From NCBI GenBank assembly GCA_046757525.1, contig JBHHYI010000032.1:1-30111 (forward strand): a DNA stretch of 30,111 nt, given 5' to 3'. A model generated the notes under the pieces. The model had not been told where the DNA came from. It made no database searches and worked only from the letters and a program-made list of their open reading frames with translations. Positions 8,599 through 17,392 of this stretch are shown piece by piece. The stretch is from a bacterium (lineage in GTDB: Bacteria > Zhuqueibacterota > Zhuqueibacteria > Oceanimicrobiales > Oceanimicrobiaceae). The position numbers were made by a program, and so were the translations under genes. The number at the start of each line of letters is the position of its first letter. Positions within the stretch are counted from its first letter, which is position 1.

Positions 8599-9594
8599 CT
8601 ATGGCTTCTCGTCGGAGTCATCCTCTAATTTTTTGCGTAATTTGTCTAAGTCCTCCTCAACCTTGTCACGCTTGCTTTTGACCGCATTGGTTTTTCCTGC
8701 GTCTTGCATCTGTCTTTTCCGAGAAATACGGTTGCTCCTGTGTCTCGATTTGCTGGAGAAGAATTGATAACTCAGACCGGCTATGAATTTCCAGTCAGCA
8801 TAATCATGGACCGGAAAACTATTCAAGTCTTTGCTCAGTCCGACATCAACGGCTAAGTCAACAATGACATTGAGCGGGCCGACAAATTTCAGGCCTTGAG
8901 TGACACGCATGGAGTTGTTGCTAAAATCAACATTCGAAGCATTCAAGAATATTTCACCGGTGTACTCTGAATACAATATGACTGAACGCACAGGCATCTT
9001 AAAGCCAAAGCCCAATTGTAACTGATCTGTGACTTCGTTTGAAAAAAATGTACTGATGTCATGATCCAGATAGCCAATGTTGGTATAGAGTTTCAGAGGG
9101 AACAGCGGAAAGGTATGGGTCATGTCTAAAGTAATCAGTCCAGTGATGCCCCAGGCGAGCTTGTCGGAGGAAAAAGGTTCGAACGGGACGTTCTGATTCT
9201 GAGCCGTCGGGATGATGATGAAACCTCTGAGCCCGGTACTGAACGCACTTGATGACAGAGGCGATTGCCACTTAAGCCCTAACTGCGTGTTTCCCGGGGG
9301 ACCAAAGACGTGTCGTTGATCATCTTGATAGGCAATGATTTGTGCTGTTAATTCCAAACGGGACGACAACCCATACGTCAGGCCAAAATTCAAAGTGTAG
9401 TCTTTCTCAAGACCTGCGGTAGCGGTATTGTTGAGGAAGGTCATAAAAAACGAGTTAAGGTAAAAAGAGCCTGGCTGCACGGTCTTGGCGGAAAAGACTC
9501 GTAACATACCCCGGCCGCCATAAATCGTCGTTTGCCCGTAGCTTACAGATGCAAAGATTAGGAGCAACCCGATCAACAAAGAATTCCTTTTCAT
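8599..9594 (-). CDS. Putative outer-membrane beta-barrel protein, first gene of the Agl-Glt-like operon
   Basis: Signal peptide (MKRNSLLIGLLLIFASVSYG), alternating amphipathic beta-strands ('LNFGLTYGL', 'LGLKWQ', 'LQLGFGFKMP', 'FIAGLSYQF') and a charged coiled C-tail. Confidence 0.7.
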   Translation of the reverse strand: MKRNSLLIGLLLIFASVSYGQTTIYGGRGMLRVFSAKTVQPGSFYLNSFFMTFLNNTATAGLEKDYTLNFGLTYGLSSRLELTAQIIAYQDDQRHVFGPPGNTQLGLKWQSPLSSSAFSTGLRGFIIIPTAQNQNVPFEPFSSDKLAWGITGLITLDMTHTFPLFPLKLYTNIGYLDHDISTFFSNEVTDQLQLGFGFKMPVRSVILYSEYTGEIFLNASNVDFSNNSMRVTQGLKFVGPLNVIVDLAVDVGLSKDLNSFPVHDYADWKFIAGLSYQFFSSKSRHRSNRISRKRQMQDAGKTNAVKSKRDKVEEDLDKLRKKLEDDSDEKP

Positions 9595-9663
9595 GGCTCT
9601 AATTTCTAAGATTCAATGTTTCAAATGAATTAATAAATTGCGACTTTTGTACAAATAAGGTAA

Positions 9664-9692
9664 AATTTAAAGCATCTTGTCTAATAATGCAA
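9664..9692 (-). promoter_or_regulatory. Candidate sigma70 promoter of the Agl-Glt-like operon
   Basis: Minus strand TTGCAT-N17-TAAATT, about 70 nt upstream of the ATG at 9594. Confidence 0.45.
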
Positions 9693-9757
9693 GTGATTTC
9701 TATCAATTATACCGACAAATCTTAATAATACAGAATTGCCCTGAAAATTCTATCGTA

Positions 9758-9772
9758 TCAAGTTACGTGCCA
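9758..9772 (-). promoter_or_regulatory. Candidate sigma54 (-24/-12) promoter
   Basis: Minus strand TGGCACG-TAAC-TTGA versus consensus TGGCACG-N4-TTGC (one mismatch). Confidence 0.35.
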
Positions 9773-9860
9773 GAGTGAAACAGAAATCCTCAACGATTAA
9801 AAGTTATCCTACAGGATTGTAACAAGCTCGAAGCAAAATGTATCTTTTGCCGACAGCGAC

Positions 9861-10814
9861 TCACTTCGAAACACTGACAATGGTTCTCCGGTCGTACCTT
9901 TTTTCGAGAAAGCGGCCTAAAGGATAAGTTAGACATACTAAGATTATACCAGCAATTGAATCAACTGCATAATGATATTGCATATAAACAACAGCGACGC
10001 TCAAAGTTAGGATCAGAGGCAACAAAGCAAGGCCTAAAGCACGCTTGTATTTAAACATGAAAATCAAAACGATCCAAACTGCGGTAACATGGGAGCTCGG
10101 AAAGGCCGCCCCTGAAATGGAAGCATATTCCTGAATCGTCCGCACCAGATGGTCGAAGAAGCCGGCTGGAGCGCGTTGTACATGGAATTGCGCCAGTGTT
10201 TCATGTGGGCCGCGCGCCGTTAAGAACAAGAACGACAAGTAACAAGTATATAATGTAAAGGATAAGTTAAAAACGAAAGAGTGAAAGAGTTGTTTGCGTC
10301 TTCTCAGGTATAACAAAATCCCCCCGAATGGGATCAAAATGTAATAGGACCAGTAGGAAAAGGCCATGACTTCCGTTAACCAGGGGCGATAGATTTTTTG
10401 CAGCCACACCGTCGGGTGGTTGCCGAATAGAAAGTAGTCCCATTTGATGAGCCAGCCTTCTAACCAAAAAGGGAAAAATATATTGATGAGGGCGTTGACT
10501 TCTTCAAAAAGAAAAGTGTACAACAAAAATGGGTAGCCATCCCTGAACAATCTTAGGATTCTTGAGGAACTGGTTGCAGAAAACTTGATGACGAAGGTCA
10601 GGGCTGCTATGAAAAAAAAATGACCAACAACGATCAAAGGCCAATGCTGTACGCCACGATGAAAGAAGACTAATACAACGGCCAAAATGCCGAGATAGGC
10701 GAAGGTAAGGTAGTCAATTAACCGGAAAGCACGTTTGAGGTCGAACGGTTTCGATATGAGCTTGTGTTTGTGGTGTCTTTTCCCAGCTTGTGTAATAGTT
10801 CTCTCTAACAACAT
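9861..10814 (-). CDS. PAP2-superfamily membrane phosphatase/phosphotransferase (PAP2_3/Aur1-like)
   Basis: Multiple TMs with motifs 'ARGP', 'AAFPSSHV' and 'YHYAVD...G'. Confidence 0.88.
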   Translation of the reverse strand: MLLERTITQAGKRHHKHKLISKPFDLKRAFRLIDYLTFAYLGILAVVLVFFHRGVQHWPLIVVGHFFFIAALTFVIKFSATSSSRILRLFRDGYPFLLYTFLFEEVNALINIFFPFWLEGWLIKWDYFLFGNHPTVWLQKIYRPWLTEVMAFSYWSYYILIPFGGILLYLRRRKQLFHSFVFNLSFTLYTCYLSFLFLTARGPHETLAQFHVQRAPAGFFDHLVRTIQEYASISGAAFPSSHVTAVWIVLIFMFKYKRALGLALLPLILTLSVAVVYMQYHYAVDSIAGIILVCLTYPLGRFLEKRYDRRTIVSVSK

Positions 10815-10850
10815 ATTCGGTCCAAGATGAAATCATGCTCTAAAACACCA

Positions 10851-10879
10851 AGTATATAAAATATTAAGCTAAAAAGCAA
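10851..10879 (-). promoter_or_regulatory. Candidate sigma70 promoter of the PAP2 gene
   Basis: Minus strand TTGCTT-N17-TATACT, about 37 nt upstream of the ATG. Confidence 0.5.
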
Positions 10880-10946
10880 GTTCATTATTCTTCTGGTTTG
10901 TTTTCTTGTCCTGAAAACTTACCAGACCAAACATGGAGAACAAAGG

Positions 10947-11348
10947 TCACGAGTCAACTTGCTCTATTTCTTGAAAAAGGCGGAAGCACTGATACCCAAA
11001 CCGCTGGGCCGCTTTTGATTGATCGATCCCACCATACCAGGTCCTCAGGTTTTCTTGCTCAGCTTTCCAATGACAGTCCCAATCAAACTGGATTTGCATG
11101 TTGTCTGGCCCAAAAGTCAGAACCCCTGTGAAGGCAGAACAGGAAGAGGAACCCTGAATATTCACATAATCGATTGGCTTCTCCGGGTATTCCTCCAAGA
11201 GCTTGATCAAAACTCGCATGATCTTAATCGAAGGAGAACCTGCGGCGTACTCGATTAGGGGGGAGTCTTCCCCGTTGGCAAAACCAGCAACGGCTTGTTT
11301 GAATTCGCTGGTCGCGTGGCTGCGTTCTAACAATTCATTAAGGGTCAT
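10947..11348 (-). CDS. Hypothetical protein (three spaced Cys; WDCHW motif)
   Basis: 133-aa ORF with ATG and an AGGT-type RBS, globular composition, co-oriented with its neighbours. Confidence 0.7.
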   Translation of the reverse strand: MTLNELLERSHATSEFKQAVAGFANGEDSPLIEYAAGSPSIKIMRVLIKLLEEYPEKPIDYVNIQGSSSCSAFTGVLTFGPDNMQIQFDWDCHWKAEQENLRTWYGGIDQSKAAQRFGYQCFRLFQEIEQVDS

Positions 11349-11487
11349 ATTTTACCTGCGTGAGTTGTCGTGTTCAGCGGGACGGTGAATCGGATTATCG
11401 TCTTTCTGCGTACTCGGCAAGGCCGTGTTTGATTTAATATAGCAACAATAAGCGGCTCGTACGGAAGATTAAGCGTCATTTGCCGTC

Positions 11488-12312
11488 TCAGGAATGATTC
11501 TCGAGCTTACGTCTCTTCTCTTGTTTGAGCGGTTTGAATGGGGAGGTTTGTGCAAAGTAGGCGTATTGGCGGAAAAAATCGTATCTTTGAAAAATGTCCA
11601 GGGGTTTTAATTTGCGGATTTTCTTGTTCTTGTAGGAAATCTGGACTTCTTCAGTGCTGACGATGCCGGGCCACACACCATGACGTTCGAGGGCTTGCAG
11701 GATTTGCGGACGCAACGATTCGTCTTTGATGTCCAATAACTCACTGGCCAACAAGCCTATGAAGTCCGGATCCTCATTTTCCAGGTCTAACACTTTTGTA
11801 AAAATTGCAGCAATAGCTGCTCTCTTGGCTTGATTGTGGGCGCTGATTTGAATCAGAGCAGTACAGACAGTTAGTCTCGAAAATAAATTTATTTCCTGGT
11901 TTAAAACAAAGGCTTCGAGCTTTTTTAGATGCGGCTGCCCCAAATAATAGACCACCTCCCAAATATCGTCGTTCAACAGGTCGTGCAGCCAATAGTCCAG
12001 GAATTCTTGTTTTTGAGACAGAATCTCCAGAACCAAATCCAGAGACTCGTGGGCGCGCAGGTGGGCCAGCAAGTAAAGCGCGTGGATGACCAGGAACCAC
12101 TCTTTGTCTGATGGGGGTGTGGTATAATCGATCTTAGATCGGTTTTCCAGCGTGCTGCGCAGAATGCTTTCCAGGTAGGGAATGGCCTCACGCCCACAAG
12201 AAATCAATTCCCTTAGCTTTTCATAATCTATCCAACAGTCGATTTTGTATAATTCTTGAATGAGGGTTTCGAGCCTCTTCTCGTTAAACTTTAGTTTTTC
12301 GTCCTTCTGCAT
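11488..12312 (-). CDS. DUF1186-like helical-repeat protein
   Basis: 'EAIPYLESIL', 'IHALYLLAHLRA.ESL..VLEIL', 'FLDYWLHDLL.DD.W' resemble DUF1186. Likely start is the ATG at 12312 after GGAG (ORF open to 12333). Confidence 0.65.
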   Translation of the reverse strand: MQKDEKLKFNEKRLETLIQELYKIDCWIDYEKLRELISCGREAIPYLESILRSTLENRSKIDYTTPPSDKEWFLVIHALYLLAHLRAHESLDLVLEILSQKQEFLDYWLHDLLNDDIWEVVYYLGQPHLKKLEAFVLNQEINLFSRLTVCTALIQISAHNQAKRAAIAAIFTKVLDLENEDPDFIGLLASELLDIKDESLRPQILQALERHGVWPGIVSTEEVQISYKNKKIRKLKPLDIFQRYDFFRQYAYFAQTSPFKPLKQEKRRKLENHS

Positions 12313-12704
12313 TGACGCTTCTCCATCATCCAAATATCATTGCCTATGAATTAGTATCGTCATTTTCAAGCGAAATCAACATCAAATTTGTCTATTGTTT
12401 GCGAAGTCATAATGCATAACGAAATAAGGCTCAGCTTTATTTCTAAGTTGTTTGGATATTCTCTTGCTACCTATTTGGATGCAGGAAGGCGAAAGTTGAG
12501 GACCAGCCTCGTGCAGAAATTCCCAGCTTTTCTGCACAAGACTTAGCGATAAAATAGCGTAGGCAAGCGATTCCCCCAACTACTCCACTCTCCCCCTGCT
12601 CATTGACACCGCTAAAGCCATGGCTTGTTTGGGATGATTTCTAACGGACCAACGGATTCAGACAAACAAGTTATTAGCCTAATTTCATTAAGCTTATAAT
12701 TCCT

Positions 12705-12733
12705 AAAATAATATATAGGAATCAGAATGTCAA
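12705..12733 (-). promoter_or_regulatory. Candidate sigma70 promoter driving a long structured leader or sRNA
   Basis: Minus strand TTGACA-N17-TATTTT. Confidence 0.45.
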
Positions 12734-12751
12734 GATAAATTTTGTTATTAA

Positions 12752-13285
12752 TTATCCCTTCACGCCGGCCACAGACGTACTGATTTGCTCAAAAGGATTG
12801 CGAGCGATTTTCAGCTTAAGTATTGGGATGATTTCGTGGAAATTGATTCCAGTTTGTTTTCCACCAACGATGACCATCTCAGAAAAGGGTCGCACAGCCA
12901 TCATCTCTTTGGTGTCCCTTAAGATGAACGCAACAAAGCCGTCGTCCAGCGTCACGATCCTATCGCTTTGGTAGAGAGTCTCGTTTGGAATCGTGTTCCT
13001 CCAAACTTTATCACCGCGGATTAACATGAAGGTGCCTGCAGATTTTACGACAAGAGCTATCTCTGTGTTTGTCTGAGGCAAGATCTCGGTGGGCAACAGG
13101 ACTACTACGGCGGCAAGGCCGGTGACGATTAATTCCCTAATGCCAGCGACCAAGCTTTTTGGGGCATTGTTCTTGAGGGACGAGATTGTCCCCCCGCAGA
13201 CTCTCGCACACGCAATTGTACACATAATACACCCATCTTCCTTTCCGCCTTTGGTAGACGCAAAGGCTGTGCCAGACAACGACAA
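12752..13285 (-). CDS. FecR-like domain protein, apparently truncated
   Basis: Hydrophobic segment, then 'ALVVKSAG...LYQSDRIVT..DGFV...D...VRPFSEMVI', ending 'TSVAGVKG*' where FecR-like domains normally continue (..GT.F.V). Start uncertain (13285 or ATG 13225). Confidence 0.5.
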   Translation of the reverse strand: MSLSGTAFASTKGGKEDGCIMCTIACARVCGGTISSLKNNAPKSLVAGIRELIVTGLAAVVVLLPTEILPQTNTEIALVVKSAGTFMLIRGDKVWRNTIPNETLYQSDRIVTLDDGFVAFILRDTKEMMAVRPFSEMVIVGGKQTGINFHEIIPILKLKIARNPFEQISTSVAGVKG

Positions 13286-13519
13286 AGGATGGGTTCAGTA
13301 GGTTCAAGATGCTGTGTTATATGAAGTTGCGATCTGTGTTACTTTGTTATGGTGGCTGATTTATTTTGCAAAAACGAAATCGATTTGTGTAAATTCTACA
13401 CGGATAAACGGTGGGAATTTGATCATTTATGATAAAAGGCCGTGAAACCTCTTTATTTTCAAATGAATTAGGTGGCTTAATTTTTCTTTGTTAAAAAAGT
13501 GTAAAATCTACATGCCTGT

Positions 13520-16500
13520 TTACCATTCTATTTTCCAAAAGACATCGAGGCCAGTTGCGCCCTTTCTTTCTTTGGAACCTTGCAGGAACAGATTAAAAAA
13601 CAGGATCTTCTTAGGAATCTCATACTCTATTTCAACTTTTTGACTTCCCTCTGCTCCGAAGTCCTGGCTCACAATGACAAACACATCCGGAGTGACGTAT
13701 TTACCGATGCGAACTTTCGCATCAGCGAAACTCTTGCCACGTTCGATTTGAATCATATCGAGGCTTAGCTCCTGACCTAATGCCCGAGTTAATCTCCTTA
13801 CGATCTGGCCGGTCAGGTATCCGGTGGCTCTCTGTTCGATCCCGGTTTGGTTGGACACGCTGTTGCGCTGCCCCAGGGTCAAGTTGTCAAAACTACGACC
13901 AAACAACAAGTAGGACAAGATGTCTTTTTGCTCCGACTCCTGGTCATCCAACGTAAATTTGAATTTCGGATAACGCTGCGTGCCGGTCACCTCGACTTTT
14001 ATTCGATGCAGCTCGGCCCCTTCTCCTGATTGCTCTCTGAATTCATGTACGGCTTCGATGGATAATTCGGGATTGGGTTCCGGGTCACCGTTGAACACCA
14101 ACTCACCGTCGGTGATCTTAAAGCGGTTTCCCAGCAACTCGTAAAAGCCCCGCACCGCAGAAAATGAGCCGTACAAGACAAAATCAGGTCCTTCCTTCAA
14201 TAGCTCCAGGTCCCCTTCGATTTCAATATTTGCTTCCTCGCCGCGAAACCAGGTGTTTCTTGGGAAGGAGATAGACAGCTCCCCCCTGAGGTTCTTGTAA
14301 AACTCCGTATCGCTTAACTGCCTCTCAGCACCAGCAGACGATTTTTGGAATCGTATGGCTCCAGAAGTGTCTGTTGCCATCGAATCCGGTGGAATCACAA
14401 AAAAAGGGCTCTCGGTCAATTTCACGGCGGTTTCTTCTTGCAACCAGGCTGGATAGTAAATGCGTGCCTGATTGACCGTGAGCGCCCCGGTAAACCGGGG
14501 CGCCCTGATGCTGCCGTGAAGATCGACGTAGCCATCTACCGACGCTTGCATTTTCTTGTTGTGCATTAATTGAAAATTCCTGGCCGTGAGGCGGGCCTTG
14601 AAATTCTCAATATTTTCTTGCGACAGCGCGAGACTGCCTTCAACAATTCTTAACTCACCGTCTCCGGAGCGCATGCGAAAATCATTGATGAGCACTTGCT
14701 TGCCCTTCAACACCAGAACCAGATTTACGCGCTTGTAGTGAGTGCCCAATTCTCTAACTGCAAAACTGCCATTGATCAATCGAACAGGACCTACGCCGCG
14801 GATGTCGTTCAGAGTATGGCTCAACACCACATCTGCTACCAGGGTGCCTGAGATGTTTTGCGCATGTTTGGAAAAAGCCTGCAAGAATGAAATGTCAACC
14901 CCACGGGTGCTGATTTTGAATTCAAAAGGAGCGTCCTTAAATACCTTATAACCAAAAGGCTCGAAAGCAAGGGTTGCGGGCAAATGGCCGCTGGTTTCTA
15001 AGAGACTATCGCCCTCGGCTTTGGAGAGTAAAAATTTCCAGAACAGTTTATTGTTCTCGTACCCCAATTTGCCCTTGAAAGCTTTGAAAGGCACAGAAAA
15101 ATATTGGCCGTTTTCGAGGTTAAAATTGCCCTCCAAAGTAGGTCTCTTCAGGATGCCGCTAAGCTTAGCCGAAAAATTCAGACGTCCTGCGTAGTCATTG
15201 TCATAGCCAAACAAGGCGCTTAATTTTGAAACATCGATGTTGGTCAGTTGCAGGGTAAGCGCATTTAACTCTTTGGCATCGAGACGGCCGAACAGGGCAA
15301 GGCTTTGGTCTTCAAAACCAAGCAACAATTGCGAAACGCTGAGCTCAGAATTTCGATAGCGTATCTTTGCTACTTCGTTGAGTTGCCGCCAATTTTGTCC
15401 GGCATAGTCACAACTCAGGTCCTCCAAATCTAAGGCGTAGGTGTCCTCCAGGTGCGTAAAATTACCCCTGGCCGCGGCCTTGACTCCGTCCTTTTGGTTG
15501 ACGGCGATCTGGAATTGGGTGCGTCCGCCAGCGTATTGCAGCGAGATTTTTGAATTCAGGCCAGCCATTCCGTAAGCCTCCGCACCTGCCACTTTGCCCT
15601 GGATCGCAAAGGTATTTCCAGCCCGGGCAAGCAGTCCTGTGAGACTGCCGCTTAGGCGGGCTATGTCGAGATTTTCGGTGCCCACGTTGGCGAAATCGAA
15701 ATCTGAGTGGAGCGTCAGAGAATCCATTAACCCCTCTACTCGACCCCGAATCACCCCCTTGCCCCAGAGAGAATCCGCAGGGGTGGTATTGGAAAGTACG
15801 GAAAAGTCTTTAAATTCGACCTCGAATTTGAGATGGGTGTCCGTTTTAATTGAGAGGACTCCTTGGGCTGCCACCTTGCACAAGGGTGAATGGATTGCAA
15901 AATCTCGTATTCGAACCTTTTGACCGCTCATTTTAAGTGCAAGAACGGCCGAGTCAATGGGCACCTGGCTGAGGCTTGAAGGGAGAACGTGGACCACAAG
16001 ATCGGCAGCAAGATTGCCGGCGGACAGGCCCTGACCCTTTAAGCGATAGTTCAAATTGACCTGGCTGGTCAAGCCGGCTGCACCGGGAAACTGGCTCAAG
16101 TCGAAATTCTCCAGCCGACCGTTTATTGAATAGGCAGGATTAGCTTCGGCCAGGAGCAGCTTGCCTCGACCGGTTAGGGACGCTCCCTGCACCAGCAGGT
16201 CGGCCGAATAGCTCAGGGTATCGCCGACCAGGCTTCCTTTGAGGACAGACTTCCCCAGGGCCACGCCTTTAGCCCGGCTGGAATCCACCTCTACGTAATA
16301 CTCTGCCTTGATGTGGCCCCATTCGGTGCCCTGCCCTTTAACGCCAAACTCAAAAGTCAGCAGGCTGCTCAAATCCGGGTCATTGGTGATGGCCGACAAA
16401 TCCAAATTGCTAACCTGGCCCTGCAGGTCGTACTCGTACGGCTTGTGCTTTGTTTGAAGCCGCCCGGCCACCGCAACGCTGCTATTGTTCAGCCAGAGCT

Positions 16501-17392
16501 TGCTTTTTACCCAAAGGGCATCTAATCGACCTTTAGCTTCCAGGTCGAAACGGCTGTTGCCGTGAACTTTCAACGTCGGTAGGGCTTTGCGCAACTCGGC
16601 CAGGGAAATGGGATACCCTTTGACCATAATGTTGAGGATAGGGTTGTCAAAATCCTTGACCCCCAAGGCGGAAGATATTTTGGAGGATTCCGTTTCCAGT
16701 TCGAAGTTCGGAGCTTCCAGACTGTCCGGATTAAGCGTGAAGTCGCTCTGCACGGTTTGAATTTTTAAATCGGGCTTTTGCGTTGCAAAGCTGAGTTGCC
16801 GCAAAGAAACTTTCAGGTGTCCCTGAGCAAGCCATAATCCCACCTCTAATTGGAGATCGGAAATTTTTCTGGGCGCGGACAATTCTGCTGCGTTTTTGGC
16901 TTCGAAGGTCGCCTCTCCCGCGGCGATCTGAATCCTGGGCAGTTCGAATTTCCAGTGCAGGTTGTTCAGGATTAGGTCCGGGCTTTGCGATTCTTGCTCT
17001 CCCTCTTTAGACTTGAGGAGATTGGAAAGATTCCAGGTGTGGTCCGGATTCCGCACCAGTTTGACCGCTGGGCCTTCCAGGCGAATCTGTCCAACGGAAA
17101 TTTTGCGTCCAAGAATCGAGAGCGGATGGTAGCGCAAAACCGCATTTCGAATACTGATGACAGAATCGCCGTCCAGTTGCACGGAAATATCCTGCAGCTC
17201 AATCTTTGTGAACAGATTGCCCTTCAAGGCGCCGATGGAGAGGGTGCCATTCAGATTGGCGTGGGCGTACGAAATGAGTTTGTTTTTTAACCAATTCTTA
17301 AACAACCGGGTTTGGGTCATGCCAGCGAATATTGCGCTTAGAATGAGCACGCCGAGCACCGAAAGCGTAACAACTTTGAGGAGTTTCTTCAT
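13520..17392 (-). CDS. tamB: Translocation and assembly module TamB (AsmA-like N-terminus, DUF490 C-terminus)
   Basis: N-terminal signal anchor, AsmA-like start, long beta-taco repeats, and DUF490 C-terminus 'G.YELLG.RF.I..G...F.G...PNP.L.I.A...DILSYLLFG...IGKYVTPDVF'. Directly downstream of an Omp85 gene. Confidence 0.9.
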   Translation of the reverse strand: MKKLLKVVTLSVLGVLILSAIFAGMTQTRLFKNWLKNKLISYAHANLNGTLSIGALKGNLFTKIELQDISVQLDGDSVISIRNAVLRYHPLSILGRKISVGQIRLEGPAVKLVRNPDHTWNLSNLLKSKEGEQESQSPDLILNNLHWKFELPRIQIAAGEATFEAKNAAELSAPRKISDLQLEVGLWLAQGHLKVSLRQLSFATQKPDLKIQTVQSDFTLNPDSLEAPNFELETESSKISSALGVKDFDNPILNIMVKGYPISLAELRKALPTLKVHGNSRFDLEAKGRLDALWVKSKLWLNNSSVAVAGRLQTKHKPYEYDLQGQVSNLDLSAITNDPDLSSLLTFEFGVKGQGTEWGHIKAEYYVEVDSSRAKGVALGKSVLKGSLVGDTLSYSADLLVQGASLTGRGKLLLAEANPAYSINGRLENFDLSQFPGAAGLTSQVNLNYRLKGQGLSAGNLAADLVVHVLPSSLSQVPIDSAVLALKMSGQKVRIRDFAIHSPLCKVAAQGVLSIKTDTHLKFEVEFKDFSVLSNTTPADSLWGKGVIRGRVEGLMDSLTLHSDFDFANVGTENLDIARLSGSLTGLLARAGNTFAIQGKVAGAEAYGMAGLNSKISLQYAGGRTQFQIAVNQKDGVKAAARGNFTHLEDTYALDLEDLSCDYAGQNWRQLNEVAKIRYRNSELSVSQLLLGFEDQSLALFGRLDAKELNALTLQLTNIDVSKLSALFGYDNDYAGRLNFSAKLSGILKRPTLEGNFNLENGQYFSVPFKAFKGKLGYENNKLFWKFLLSKAEGDSLLETSGHLPATLAFEPFGYKVFKDAPFEFKISTRGVDISFLQAFSKHAQNISGTLVADVVLSHTLNDIRGVGPVRLINGSFAVRELGTHYKRVNLVLVLKGKQVLINDFRMRSGDGELRIVEGSLALSQENIENFKARLTARNFQLMHNKKMQASVDGYVDLHGSIRAPRFTGALTVNQARIYYPAWLQEETAVKLTESPFFVIPPDSMATDTSGAIRFQKSSAGAERQLSDTEFYKNLRGELSISFPRNTWFRGEEANIEIEGDLELLKEGPDFVLYGSFSAVRGFYELLGNRFKITDGELVFNGDPEPNPELSIEAVHEFREQSGEGAELHRIKVEVTGTQRYPKFKFTLDDQESEQKDILSYLLFGRSFDNLTLGQRNSVSNQTGIEQRATGYLTGQIVRRLTRALGQELSLDMIQIERGKSFADAKVRIGKYVTPDVFVIVSQDFGAEGSQKVEIEYEIPKKILFFNLFLQGSKERKGATGLDVFWKIEW

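Noticed and set aside
10612..10620. A9 tract in the PAP2 gene as a phase-variation site
   Set aside because: The gene is in frame, and the tract simply encodes Phe codons in a TM helix.
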